Notes: a model not told the origin generated them from the letters alone. 46,697 nucleotides of DNA from Candidatus Micrarchaeia archaeon (GCA_038874215.1 JAVZCV010000006.1:1-46697), one strand, 5' to 3'; positions 37,104 to 45,871 are shown, numbered from the stretch's first letter. Translations and numbers: made by a program.

Positions 37104-37871
37104 CTACTTCAACACAACAGTACTTTCTTCACCAACCATAAAACCCTCATTCGTTATCAAAGTGGGATACAATCCATGCTTATGATTTGTACTTCTCATC
37201 TTTCTTATTTCCAGAGTACCGAAACTCTCCCCACCTATCGTAGTATAGCGTAGAACCACAACACCATCCGCTAAAAACTCCGAAATTGTATCTCTAGACA
37301 ACCATACTGTCTCCTCGGCAAGTTCCGAAATAAAAATTCCTGTAACACCCGTTTTCTTAAACTTCCCAAAAACCCACATCATCGCTTTTCTAGTTATTGC
37401 TTCACCCGATATTCCGATCCTATCTGATGTTTTTATGTCAAGCATCTCAGTTATTTCAACACCACCAAAAATACCAGCATATATACCCACTATCGCTAAC
37501 GAATCAATGACGAGCCTGGCGGGTTTAAAATCTACTACGGTATTATAAACTCCCTCAATTATATTTGCGATACTTGCATCAGTGAGTTCTAAGCACTCCA
37601 GTTTTATTTGCCCATTTTTCTCAAGATCCTCCAAATTCCATCCGAATCTATTAGCCTGCATTATAATGTCCTCTCTCTTTTGCTCGAAACTTACGTACAT
37701 ACCTTTTTCACCATACTCCATCGCCCCCTTTACTATATACTGCAACCCAAATATCGTTTTTCCAGCCCCTGCTTGGCCAGATAGAAGTACAAGTGCACCT
37801 CGAGGTATTCCACCCTCTATAAGCTTATCTAATCCAGGTATGCCTGTTTTCACCCTCTCTACTACATTCAT
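37104..37871 (-). CDS. KaiC-like (RecA superfamily) single-domain ATPase 1
   Basis: RVKTGIPGLD, Walker A GQAGAGKT, SFEQ, Walker B LVIDS, SEFLADGVV, RKMRS. Confidence 0.9.
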   Translation of the reverse strand: MNVVERVKTGIPGLDKLIEGGIPRGALVLLSGQAGAGKTIFGLQYIVKGAMEYGEKGMYVSFEQKREDIIMQANRFGWNLEDLEKNGQIKLECLELTDASIANIIEGVYNTVVDFKPARLVIDSLAIVGIYAGIFGGVEITEMLDIKTSDRIGISGEAITRKAMMWVFGKFKKTGVTGIFISELAEETVWLSRDTISEFLADGVVVLRYTTIGGESFGTLEIRKMRSTNHKHGLYPTLITNEGFMVGEESTVVLK

Positions 37872-38603
37872 CTACTCACCAACTACTATGCCTTCCTCAG
37901 TTATCTCAATAGTTTTTGGCAGGAAATCATGCTTCGTACCCCTCATCTTCTCTATTGTAAGCGTCCTCTTGCCAAGCGCCTCTATCTTCTGCAACTTTAT
38001 CACCCCATCGCATGCAAACTCTGAAACCGTGTCCCTGCTCAGCCATTGCGTGTTCTGCGGAAGCTCCGAGATGACGATGATTGATGCATCGCTCTTTCTC
38101 AGCCTCCTGAATATCTCCATAACAGTTCTGCGCATAACTGCATCCTCTGAAGGGGCGAATTTAAGCCCACGCATACCTATTGCATCAGCAGTCGCCTCGC
38201 TCATTCCGATTACCTCCGCGTATACCCCATACGTGGAGATTGAATCAAGCACGAGCCTGGCTGGCTTGTAGTCGTTAATAGTATTCTCTATCTCTTTAAT
38301 TGCCTGCGTTATATCAACCGACCCGAGGTCAATCTCAAGCACCTTTATCAGGTCCATCTCTTCAAAATCCCTGAAATCCCACCTAAAGTTTGAAGCCTGA
38401 CTTTCAAGCTTCCCCCTGCTCTCATCAAACGTTATATACAATCCTCTCTCGCCGTTTCGTGCGCCCTTTACGAGAAACTGCATCCCGAATATCGTCTTTC
38501 CAGCGCCAGCCGTGCCAGTCACGAGAACGATTGATTTCTCAGGTATACCGCCACCTAACAAGTTGTCAAGCCCCGCTATCCCCGTCGGCACTCTTTGCTG
38601 CAT
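37872..38603 (-). CDS. KaiC-like single-domain ATPase 2
   Basis: RVPTGIAGLD, GTAGAGKT, TFDE, LVLDS, SEFACDGVI, EKMRGTKH. Confidence 0.9.
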   Translation of the reverse strand: MQQRVPTGIAGLDNLLGGGIPEKSIVLVTGTAGAGKTIFGMQFLVKGARNGERGLYITFDESRGKLESQASNFRWDFRDFEEMDLIKVLEIDLGSVDITQAIKEIENTINDYKPARLVLDSISTYGVYAEVIGMSEATADAIGMRGLKFAPSEDAVMRRTVMEIFRRLRKSDASIIVISELPQNTQWLSRDTVSEFACDGVIKLQKIEALGKRTLTIEKMRGTKHDFLPKTIEITEEGIVVGE

Positions 38604-38821
38604 TCTGCATCACTTTCGCGTACGGAATCAACCCCGCCTACTTTGTTCCATCCTCTATCTCTATGCCGTTCGGACCTATCACTATCATCCTTGGCAGGAA
38701 ATCATGCTTCGTCCCCCTCATCTTCTCTACCGTAAGCGTCCTCTTGCCGAGCGCCTCTATCTTCTGCAACTTTATCACTCCATCGCATGCGAACTCTGAA
38801 ACCGTGTCCCTGCTCAGCCAT
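37916..38821. repeat. Near-identical 131-bp segments shared by KaiC-like genes 2 and 3 (37916-38046 and 38691-38821)
   Basis: ttggcaggaaatcatgcttcgt...ccctgctcagccat; 6 mismatches counted by eye. Confidence 0.9.
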
Positions 38822-39390
38822 GCGCTTCCAGCCTGCAATTCTGACGTTAGGATTGTTGTTACTTCAAGAGCCCTTATCCTCTCTATAAGGTTCATAACAG
38901 CACGGCGGGTGACCACGTCTCCGATAATGGGTGGGATAAAAGCCTCTGTTTTTATCCCCATCATCTCAAATGTCTCAACGTCGGCAGCTACTTCACTGTA
39001 TATTGCGAGTGTTGAGAGCGAATCAAGGACGAGGCGCTGCGCATTGAATTTTTTTGTGAGCTCCTCCACTTCGCAGATAACCTTCTCAACATGGCTATGA
39101 AGCGTTTTAAGGCTTACAACTCTAACGAGGTTGTCCTTCTCATATTTCTCTAAATCCCAGCCAAACTGCAAAGCCTGCATTCTTATGCTATTCGCAATCT
39201 GCTCAAACGTTATATAAAGGCCGCGCTCTCCGCTTCTTGCACCCTCAACTATAAATTGTAGCGAGAATATCGTTTTTCCCGCGCCAGGGGTGCCTGAGAC
39301 GAGAATTACCGAATTCTTAGGAAATCCACCTTCAAGCAAATCATCCAATTTCGCAATACCTGTTTTTACTCTTTGCAAGCGAACACCCAT
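38638..39390 (-). CDS. KaiC-like single-domain ATPase 3
   Basis: RVKTGIAKLD, GTPGAGKT, TFEQ, LVLDS, SEFACDGVI, EKMRGTKH. Confidence 0.9.
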   Translation of the reverse strand: MGVRLQRVKTGIAKLDDLLEGGFPKNSVILVSGTPGAGKTIFSLQFIVEGARSGERGLYITFEQIANSIRMQALQFGWDLEKYEKDNLVRVVSLKTLHSHVEKVICEVEELTKKFNAQRLVLDSLSTLAIYSEVAADVETFEMMGIKTEAFIPPIIGDVVTRRAVMNLIERIRALEVTTILTSELQAGSAWLSRDTVSEFACDGVIKLQKIEALGKRTLTVEKMRGTKHDFLPRMIVIGPNGIEIEDGTK

Positions 39391-39441
39391 CTAATTATCT
39401 CATTTCTATATTTAAGCCTTATTATCTACAATATGTGCAGT

Positions 39442-39553
39442 AGCCCCGTGGTGTAGTGGCCAAGCATGGCGGGCTTTGGTCTGCCCTCCTTCTCAAAAGC
39501 TATTTGGGGCAGGAAGAAACCCGCAGACAGAGGTTCAAATCCTCTCGGGGCTA
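39442..39553 (+). tRNA. tRNA-Gln(TTG) with a canonical 37/38 intron (39480-39518)
   Basis: A1-U72 acceptor AGCCCCG/CGGGGCT-A; GCGGG-CTTTGG|A-CCCGC; BHB CTTT/GAAG with bulges GG|T and AA|A; T arm AGAGG-TTCAAAT-CCTCT; upstream TTTAAG box. Confidence 0.95.
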
Positions 39554-39582
39554 TTTTTAAATATGGGTGGAGGCATCCTATT

Positions 39583-39840
39583 ATGACAAAAAGCAGAACT
39601 TTCTCTTTGAGGTGCAAGTGCGGCACAACGCTTGAAGCAGAGTTTTACGAATCCATAGATCTCTCCACGCATCCATACATGGAAGAGGATGTTCTGATGG
39701 GAAACATAAACTCATTCAAATGCCCGAAGTGCAATCGGGTTATAGTCTGCAAGCCTCCTGAGGTAAAAAATCAGAGAACGGGTGAAAAGGAAACCAGATA
39801 CTATGTAGTTGTTGGCGATGAGCTTATTACCAAATCATAA
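39583..39840 (+). CDS. CpXC-like zinc-ribbon protein
   Basis: C-K-CG....AEFYESID...P.....LMGNINSFKCPKC pattern. ATG at 39583 after GGTGGAGG; the longer ORF call overlaps the tRNA. Confidence 0.75.
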   Translation: MTKSRTFSLRCKCGTTLEAEFYESIDLSTHPYMEEDVLMGNINSFKCPKCNRVIVCKPPEVKNQRTGEKETRYYVVVGDELITKS

Positions 39841-39842
39841 TG

Positions 39843-41237
39843 CTAATAGCCCTTCGCAAGAAAAACCTCAAAACCATCAGCGCCGCAAACTATACACTTT
39901 CTTTTGCGCGTTTCTTTCCCATACTCTATGCCTCTTACATCAATCGTCTTTTCATTCTTCAATTCATCCGCACATTCCGTAGAACCGCACCAACCAGCCC
40001 TGAAAAAGCCGTTTTCTCCAAGCTCCTCAATCCTCTCCACGTTCTTTATCGCTTCTTCAAGCGATTTTTTTGAATTCTCAAAGAGCTTTTCACGAACCTC
40101 ATTAAATGCCGCCAGAATAGACTGGCAGAGGTCTTCCATCAGTATCGTTTTTTTTCCTCCAGTCCTAAGCGCAATGACAACGGTGTTGCTCTCCACTTCT
40201 TTTGGGCCAATCTCCAATCTAATAGGCACCCCCTTGCATTCCCATTTGTAGAACTTATCCCCAGGCCGTGCATCACTCTCATCCACATAGCATCTTATCC
40301 CACATTTGGAGAGTTTGGCTGCAACCTCCCTGCATCTATCAATAACTCCCGCGCCTTGACGGTATAGTATCGGCACTATGATTGCCTGAATAGGCGCCAC
40401 ATCGGGAGGGAGGATAAGGCCCCTGCTGTCCCCATGAATTGATACTATTGCAGCGAGGCAGCGCATGCTTATCCCATAGCTGGTCTGGTATGCATACTGT
40501 TTATCCCCCTTCTCGTCTGCAAAGCAGACCTCATAGACTTTTGAGAAGTTTTGGCCCAAGTTGTGGATAGTCCCAACCTGAAGAACCCTGCCGTCTGGCA
40601 TAAGCGCCTCCAAGGCAATTGAGTAGTCCGCACCCGCAAACTTATCATGCTCAGGCCTTTTTAGCGCAAGCGTTGCAATTCCCAGCTTTTCGTAAAATTC
40701 TTTGTATATGCGATATGCTTCTCTTATTTGCTTCTCGGCATCTTCCTTGCTTGCATGGGCAGTGTGTGCTTCGTTCCAGTATACCTCCCTTCCACGTATC
40801 AGGGGTTTTGTTGCCTTCGTTTCATTTCTATAAACGCATACCGTCTGATGCACTTTGAGAGGCAGATCGGCATGAGAACGAATCCAAAGGGAGAACATCG
40901 GATACATAACGGTCTCAGAAGTCGGCCTTACTGCAAGCTTTCTCTCAAGCCTGCTCAATCCTGCATGCGTTGCCCATAGAACCTGATCCTCAAAGCCTTT
41001 TATATGCTCCCCCTCTTTCCCAAATATATCCTCGGGTATAAGAAGGGGAAAGAGCATCTGCTCATGCCCCGTTTCATCAAGCACATTCTCAAGGATTTCA
41101 AAGCAACGCCTCATTATGCTAAAACCCCATGGGCGATATACGGGCATTCCCTTCACGGGGTATCGTATGTCTATTATATCTGCTTCGTAAAGGACGGTGT
41201 TGTACCATTCTGAAAAGTTGGATTTGTCTACTTCCAT
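39843..41237 (-). CDS. proS: Proline--tRNA ligase (archaeal/eukaryotic type)
   Basis: FSEWY, VRPTSET, YRNETK..PLIRGRE, LGQNFSK, QTSYGIS.R, LPPDVAPIQ. Confidence 0.97.
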   Translation of the reverse strand: MEVDKSNFSEWYNTVLYEADIIDIRYPVKGMPVYRPWGFSIMRRCFEILENVLDETGHEQMLFPLLIPEDIFGKEGEHIKGFEDQVLWATHAGLSRLERKLAVRPTSETVMYPMFSLWIRSHADLPLKVHQTVCVYRNETKATKPLIRGREVYWNEAHTAHASKEDAEKQIREAYRIYKEFYEKLGIATLALKRPEHDKFAGADYSIALEALMPDGRVLQVGTIHNLGQNFSKVYEVCFADEKGDKQYAYQTSYGISMRCLAAIVSIHGDSRGLILPPDVAPIQAIIVPILYRQGAGVIDRCREVAAKLSKCGIRCYVDESDARPGDKFYKWECKGVPIRLEIGPKEVESNTVVIALRTGGKKTILMEDLCQSILAAFNEVREKLFENSKKSLEEAIKNVERIEELGENGFFRAGWCGSTECADELKNEKTIDVRGIEYGKETRKRKCIVCGADGFEVFLAKGY

Positions 41238-41296
41238 AAAAAACCTATCTACTCTATTGATAAAAATATATAATGATTTATTGCAGATATCAGGTT

Positions 41297-41617
41297 ATGC
41301 TCTCCGAACTTGAAAAGGAATTCAAAAAGGTTCTCGCAAGAATACTGAAATATAAGAAAAGAGAAGATAGAAGGGATGCGCTTATTGAGCTGAGCGCCGC
41401 ACTGCAAAAATATGTAAGGCATACCGAGGAAGAAATCCTTAAATGCGAAAGGAAAAAGAGCGATGTTGATTATGTGGAGATATCGGACGAGAGGAGCGCT
41501 TCATTGGCCGTGCGGATAGACGGCCTGCCTATAAAGAAACTTCCCCTCATGAGAAAGAAGTTTAAAGCGTTTGCGAAATCGCTTCAAAACTCTAAACATC
41601 AAGAAGAACGCGAATAA
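41297..41617 (+). CDS. Hypothetical protein
   Basis: Compact charged ORF divergent from proS with an AT-rich promoter region. No recognisable motif. Confidence 0.55.
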   Translation: MLSELEKEFKKVLARILKYKKREDRRDALIELSAALQKYVRHTEEEILKCERKKSDVDYVEISDERSASLAVRIDGLPIKKLPLMRKKFKAFAKSLQNSKHQEERE

Positions 41618-42017
41618 TCCACCCATCTTTACCCTCTTTCACCTCAAGCTCGTGGAACGTAACTGCCTTAACGTCTCCTAGTGCATTCTCGGGTTTTTTT
41701 CTCTCCCCCCACGCTTCTCCCTCCACAAAATATTCGTTCTCCTTCCTGTCAAGCTTCTTCACCTTAAAACTTTTGAAGAAAAGGCCTCTCGCATCACTCT
41801 CGCTTAGAAGCTCGCTTAGTGTAAAAACCACCAACTCGCCCAAATCACTTGCTTTGACACGAATGCTAATCCTCTCTTCTTCCGTAAGTTTGCCAACATC
41901 AGCCATAGCAGAGAAAAGAGCAAGCCCCGCGTTTTCAATGCTCTCAGAGAGTGTCTTGCCATAAGCCTCAAAGAGCATATCTGCTTTATGTTCAAGGAAC
42001 CTGAATTTTTTACGCAT
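41592..42017 (-). CDS. Archease (RtcB tRNA-ligase cofactor)
   Basis: FLEHKAD..FEAYG, DVKAVTFH, VLLDV C-terminus. Confidence 0.94.
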   Translation of the reverse strand: MRKKFRFLEHKADMLFEAYGKTLSESIENAGLALFSAMADVGKLTEEERISIRVKASDLGELVVFTLSELLSESDARGLFFKSFKVKKLDRKENEYFVEGEAWGERKKPENALGDVKAVTFHELEVKEGKDGWIIRVLLDV

Positions 42018-42018
42018 T

Positions 42019-42291
42019 TCAATCCTGCTCTATTGCTACCTCTGTTCCAAGTGCCTGACCAGGCAACCCTCTCTCAAACCTTGCAACCAAGCTCCCCTTA
42101 TTCCCATGAGTCCCTGTAATTTTTCCGCTTATCACATTCCCACCACTCGTCCTCCACCTTATCGTTTTGCCAACGAGCCTTTCTGCCTCACTCTTTTCCT
42201 TCACGCCTTCAACCACGATGATGAACTGGTTTAGGTGCTCTGTGTGTTTTCCCCTTCTGTAATTCGCTATTCTCGCCTTAAGTTCAGCCAT
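42019..42291 (-). CDS. rpl35ae: 50S ribosomal protein eL33 (L35Ae)
   Basis: NYRRGKH....NQ, GKITGTHGNKG...ARF..GLPGQALG. Confidence 0.95.
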   Translation of the reverse strand: MAELKARIANYRRGKHTEHLNQFIIVVEGVKEKSEAERLVGKTIRWRTSGGNVISGKITGTHGNKGSLVARFERGLPGQALGTEVAIEQD

Positions 42292-42350
42292 ACAACCACC
42301 GCCTTTTTCTCTCAGATAAAATTATTATTTATACCCCACATTTCTACCTT

Positions 42351-43661
42351 ATGAAGGGGCTCGTTCTCCTTTCAGAAGAACAGGATAAAAGGAGTGTATC
42401 TTATATAACTGACGGGCGAAGGCTGTATAGATTAAATACTGAGAGGCTGGAAGAAGGAGCTTCCGTGGAGTTAGAAAAGAAAAGCGGCAATTTTGTAATT
42501 AAACGGGTTCTGGAAGAGAGTTACCTTCCACAGTACTACACCAAAATACACGCATACAAGGGAAAAGACTCAGTCATACGGGCCCTCAGAAAAAAAATGG
42601 AGCCAATAGCAAGGGAAATTCTCCTCTCAGTTTTCTCGCTGAAGCAGATTCATGTTCGGTTTCACGAGGATGCTGACGGCGCATGCGCTGCCCTGTGCAT
42701 AAGAGGTGCAATCGTGAACCGTGCGGCTGCATATGGCTATGATGAACAGCTTATCAATAAAATGTTCCGATTTGAGCAAATAGGCTCGGCAATATACACC
42801 GAGCACGATGCATTTCACGATTTGCCAAAAAGTTCCCGTTCATCTATCTTTCTCCTTCTTGATTTCGCCTCTAACGAAGAAAGCAGATACGGAATACAGA
42901 TACTTAAAAGGGCGGGCATGCGCGTGGGGGTTATAGACCATCATCCCCCGCCGTGGGACAGCAATTTTGAAAAATTGCTTGGTGTTGATTTTTTTATCTC
43001 CCCATGGGCGTGTGGAGGCGACTCCTCCCATACTGCTGGGGTTATATGTGGAGAACTTGGAAAAATGCTCGGTGCTAAAGGTTTGGCAGAGCTTCAAAAA
43101 ATCTCTGTCGCTGGTGATAGGAGTAGTTTAATTAAATTCTCAGAAAAACACAAAAATTCCGCTCTTCTCCTTGACTTTGCGCTTTCAAAAAAAATGTCGC
43201 TTTTGACATGCGCTGAGGCGCTTAATAATCCACAGGTTTTTTCCCCCTTACTCTCAGAGGCAAAACTCGTTTTGGAAGAGGCTTTGGAAGAAGCGCTTGC
43301 CAAAACGCAGGTTTTCAGTACGGGTGCCTTTACGCTCGCAGTTATTGCAATAGACAAATTAGCAACGAGGCCTTTCCCCAAGAAAAGCCTTCTATGCACT
43401 CTCATACATGAGAAAATCGGTAAAAATGCGATTACTGTTGGATACGGGAAGAAGCTATTCATAATTCGTGTGAGTGAGGAAGCGGTTAAGAATGGATTTG
43501 ACGCAAACAGGTTTGTTTCCGACGCTAAAAATGAATTCCGCGATATAATAATAGCGGGCGGTGGCCATTCAAAAGCAGCGAGCATCAGGCTAACGGGTTC
43601 CTCCCAATGCATAATGGAGCATCTGAAAAAGACTTTGATCCGCCTAACTACTAGTAAATAA
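42351..43661 (+). CDS. DHH/DHHA1 phosphoesterase (RecJ-like)
   Basis: HEDADG (motif I), LLDFAS, IDHH, C-terminal GGGHSKAAS. Confidence 0.85.
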   Translation: MKGLVLLSEEQDKRSVSYITDGRRLYRLNTERLEEGASVELEKKSGNFVIKRVLEESYLPQYYTKIHAYKGKDSVIRALRKKMEPIAREILLSVFSLKQIHVRFHEDADGACAALCIRGAIVNRAAAYGYDEQLINKMFRFEQIGSAIYTEHDAFHDLPKSSRSSIFLLLDFASNEESRYGIQILKRAGMRVGVIDHHPPPWDSNFEKLLGVDFFISPWACGGDSSHTAGVICGELGKMLGAKGLAELQKISVAGDRSSLIKFSEKHKNSALLLDFALSKKMSLLTCAEALNNPQVFSPLLSEAKLVLEEALEEALAKTQVFSTGAFTLAVIAIDKLATRPFPKKSLLCTLIHEKIGKNAITVGYGKKLFIIRVSEEAVKNGFDANRFVSDAKNEFRDIIIAGGGHSKAASIRLTGSSQCIMEHLKKTLIRLTTSK

Positions 43662-43696
43662 TAAAAATAAGGACGGCATAATACTCTACGAGTATT

Positions 43697-44374
43697 ATGA
43701 TAAGAAAGATTGCATTTGTGGTTCTCCTCCTATTCCTTCCCGTGTTTCCCGAAGAAACAGGCTATAACATAACAAATAATACGTGCATAACGACTGCCGA
43801 CTGCAAAATTGGTTATTGCCTTGGTGGCGTATGTGTCCTTCCCCCAGAAACATTTTGCGATAAACCTGCCTCCGTCCCAGTCGGTGGAGAATGCAATGCA
43901 ACATGCCAGTGTGTAGAGGGTTATTGTGTTGGGGGAAAATGCTCTCTCCAACCAGTTGTTGAGTGCAAGGATATAAACAACTCCTGCACTGCAACAAGCG
44001 AGTGCTGCATCCCCCTTGTATGCATTGAATATAGGTGCACGTCCGCACCAACTAAAACCGGTGGTGAAGTGATATCACCCATAAACATAGGGGTGAAGTC
44101 AGGATGCATGGGAATCGCGGAATGCACTGGCGGTATCGGTTGCTTCATTCTGTGTAATTTCTTCTATGTCCTTCTTGTTGCTCTCTCCATTGTTGCGGGC
44201 TATATTTATTATATACGGGACAAGAGCAGAAATAGGTTCATACCGATTCTTCTTGTCGCTATCCCTATTGTGATAGGGGCTCTTACCTATACGCTTATTG
44301 GAGACATATTTGCCCTTCTCATAATAATCTATGCGCTCGTTTCTGGAGAAAGCAAGCAAGAAATAGAAATATAG
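43697..44374 (+). CDS. Cys-rich membrane protein with signal peptide
   Basis: N-terminal signal; three C-x5-C..C-x4-C repeats (CITTADCKIGYCLGGVC etc.); C-terminal TM helices. Confidence 0.75.
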   Translation: MIRKIAFVVLLLFLPVFPEETGYNITNNTCITTADCKIGYCLGGVCVLPPETFCDKPASVPVGGECNATCQCVEGYCVGGKCSLQPVVECKDINNSCTATSECCIPLVCIEYRCTSAPTKTGGEVISPINIGVKSGCMGIAECTGGIGCFILCNFFYVLLVALSIVAGYIYYIRDKSRNRFIPILLVAIPIVIGALTYTLIGDIFALLIIIYALVSGESKQEIEI

Positions 44375-44416
44375 GTTTATTAATTTTAACAGGCACATAA
44401 AAGCCGCGGTGCTTAT

Positions 44417-44965
44417 ATGTCGTTTTACAAATACATCACACAGGCATTGCGTCAAGAATATGCAGAGAGAAGCGAGACATACAGAAAGCGTTTGGTTGAA
44501 TGGAGGAAGTCCCCACCCGTAATGCGCGTTGATAAGCCGACGAACCTTGCACGTGCGAGGACGTTGGGCTATGTGGCAAAGCAGGGGATGATCATAGCTC
44601 GCGTGCGTGTTCCTCGGGGAAAAAGAAAGAGAAAAAAGCCAGCAGGTGGAAGAAAGCAATCAAAGTCTGGCAGGTTCTTCTCGCGCAAAAAATCTCTGCA
44701 GCTGATAGCAGAAGAAAGGGCAGCGTCAAAGTACTCAAACATGGAGGTCCTAAACTCCTACTGGGTGGGGGAAGATGGGAATTACAAATATTTTGAGGTT
44801 ATACTGTATGACCCTTCACACGGGAATTTTGGGCATATGGAGCAACATGGAAGAGTTTACAGAGGACTGACAAGCGCAGGGGTAAAATCACGTGGTTTAC
44901 GCAAAAAGGGGAAAGGATCTGAAAAATCAAGGCCAAGCGTGCGCAAAAAAATACGCAATTTTTGA
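44417..44965 (+). CDS. rpl15e: 50S ribosomal protein eL15
   Basis: KPT.LARAR.LGY.AKQG, IAEERA, EVLNSYWVGEDG.YKYFEVIL, RGLTSAG. Confidence 0.97.
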   Translation: MSFYKYITQALRQEYAERSETYRKRLVEWRKSPPVMRVDKPTNLARARTLGYVAKQGMIIARVRVPRGKRKRKKPAGGRKQSKSGRFFSRKKSLQLIAEERAASKYSNMEVLNSYWVGEDGNYKYFEVILYDPSHGNFGHMEQHGRVYRGLTSAGVKSRGLRKKGKGSEKSRPSVRKKIRNF

Positions 44966-44979
44966 ATTTAGGGTATTTC

Positions 44980-45525
44980 ATGCCGCGTTTCTTTGACCTG
45001 AATGTCAGATATCGGGCACGAGCAAAAGATTGGAAAGAGCTGGGATATGCGGGCGTGCTGGTTTTTCCGGATGAGGCGCACATAGCGCATATTAGCAAAA
45101 TGCCGAAGAGTGGTTTCATAGCGGTGTCTGAAAAACACGAAATACTCCGCTCCTGCGTAAGGAAGTTCAGAGTAATATGCAACCAGAACTACATATTAGA
45201 TAGGGCGCTCGTGCGTTCTGTTGCAACATATAAGCGTGCGTTTGAGATACCGATAGACATGCTTCTTTCAACATGCGGTGTTGAAAGGGCAGTGCTCATA
45301 TCAAAGATGCGTTCTTTCCTAAACCTCTGCAATAAATTTGGCGCTGATTTTGCACTCACAAGCAGGGCGAGAAGCAAATGCGACATGCGCTCACCATCCG
45401 AGATGGTTTCAATCGGCTACCTATTGGGTCTTACGAGGGAACAATCTATTCGTGCCATTAGTACAGTTCCAGAGCGGATTATAAAAGAATCAAAGGGGTT
45501 TTTGTGGCAAGGCAGAAAACATTGA
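44980..45525 (+). CDS. rnp3: RNase P protein component 3 (Rpp30), shortened
   Basis: FFDLNV start, FEI, LTSRA....DMRSP.E, GLT...SI.AIS..P; position between rpl15e and pop5. Confidence 0.8.
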   Translation: MPRFFDLNVRYRARAKDWKELGYAGVLVFPDEAHIAHISKMPKSGFIAVSEKHEILRSCVRKFRVICNQNYILDRALVRSVATYKRAFEIPIDMLLSTCGVERAVLISKMRSFLNLCNKFGADFALTSRARSKCDMRSPSEMVSIGYLLGLTREQSIRAISTVPERIIKESKGFLWQGRKH

Positions 45526-45836
45526 GAATAGGAAGACGCTACATCCGTTTTGAAATCATATCCAACTATTCACCATCCAAACGAGAACTTGAGAAGTTAA
45601 TACAGAACGCAGTTCTTACCCTTTTTGGCGAATACGGATATTCCCAAATAATGCCAAGGCTGATAACATGGGATGACACAAGTAGAAGCGGTATAGTAAG
45701 ATGCGCAAGAGGAGAAGAAGAAAAATTGAAGGCAGCTTTTGCACTATTGCCCAATTTAGGCGGAGAAAAAGCACATGTTAGAATATGGGCGGTTTCCGGC
45801 ACGTTGAGAAAGCTCAGGCGTGGGCAACATATATAA
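45504..45836 (+). CDS. rnp2: RNase P protein component 2 (Pop5/Rpp14)
   Basis: LR..RRYI.F, LFGE.G, GIVRC.R, VSGTLRK. Confidence 0.92.
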   Translation: MARQKTLRIGRRYIRFEIISNYSPSKRELEKLIQNAVLTLFGEYGYSQIMPRLITWDDTSRSGIVRCARGEEEKLKAAFALLPNLGGEKAHVRIWAVSGTLRKLRRGQHI

Positions 45837-45845
45837 ATTTTTTTA
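45828..45845 (+). promoter_or_regulatory. Probable TATA box for psmA-SBDS
   Basis: atatataaattttt about 35-40 nt upstream of GGAGAGGTG-ATG. Confidence 0.45.
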
Positions 45846-45871
45846 ATCGTAATAGTTGGAGAGGTGTGCTA

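Noticed and set aside
37104-39390. Circadian kaiABC clock or RadA/RadB recombinases
   Set aside because: Single-domain proteins with no kaiA/kaiB and no ST phosphosite pair. The KMR motif and lack of a RadA N-terminal HhH domain favour KaiC-like signalling ATPases.
30995-39553. Integrated element or genomic island anchored at tRNA-Gln
   Set aside because: No integrase and no duplicated tRNA 3' end were seen, and the accessory block lies on the 5' side of the tRNA.
44391-44414. Hairpin AGGCAC/GTGCTT covering the rpl15e RBS
   Set aside because: Only 6 bp, and the likely TATA (about 44376-44383) would put the transcription start inside the hairpin.
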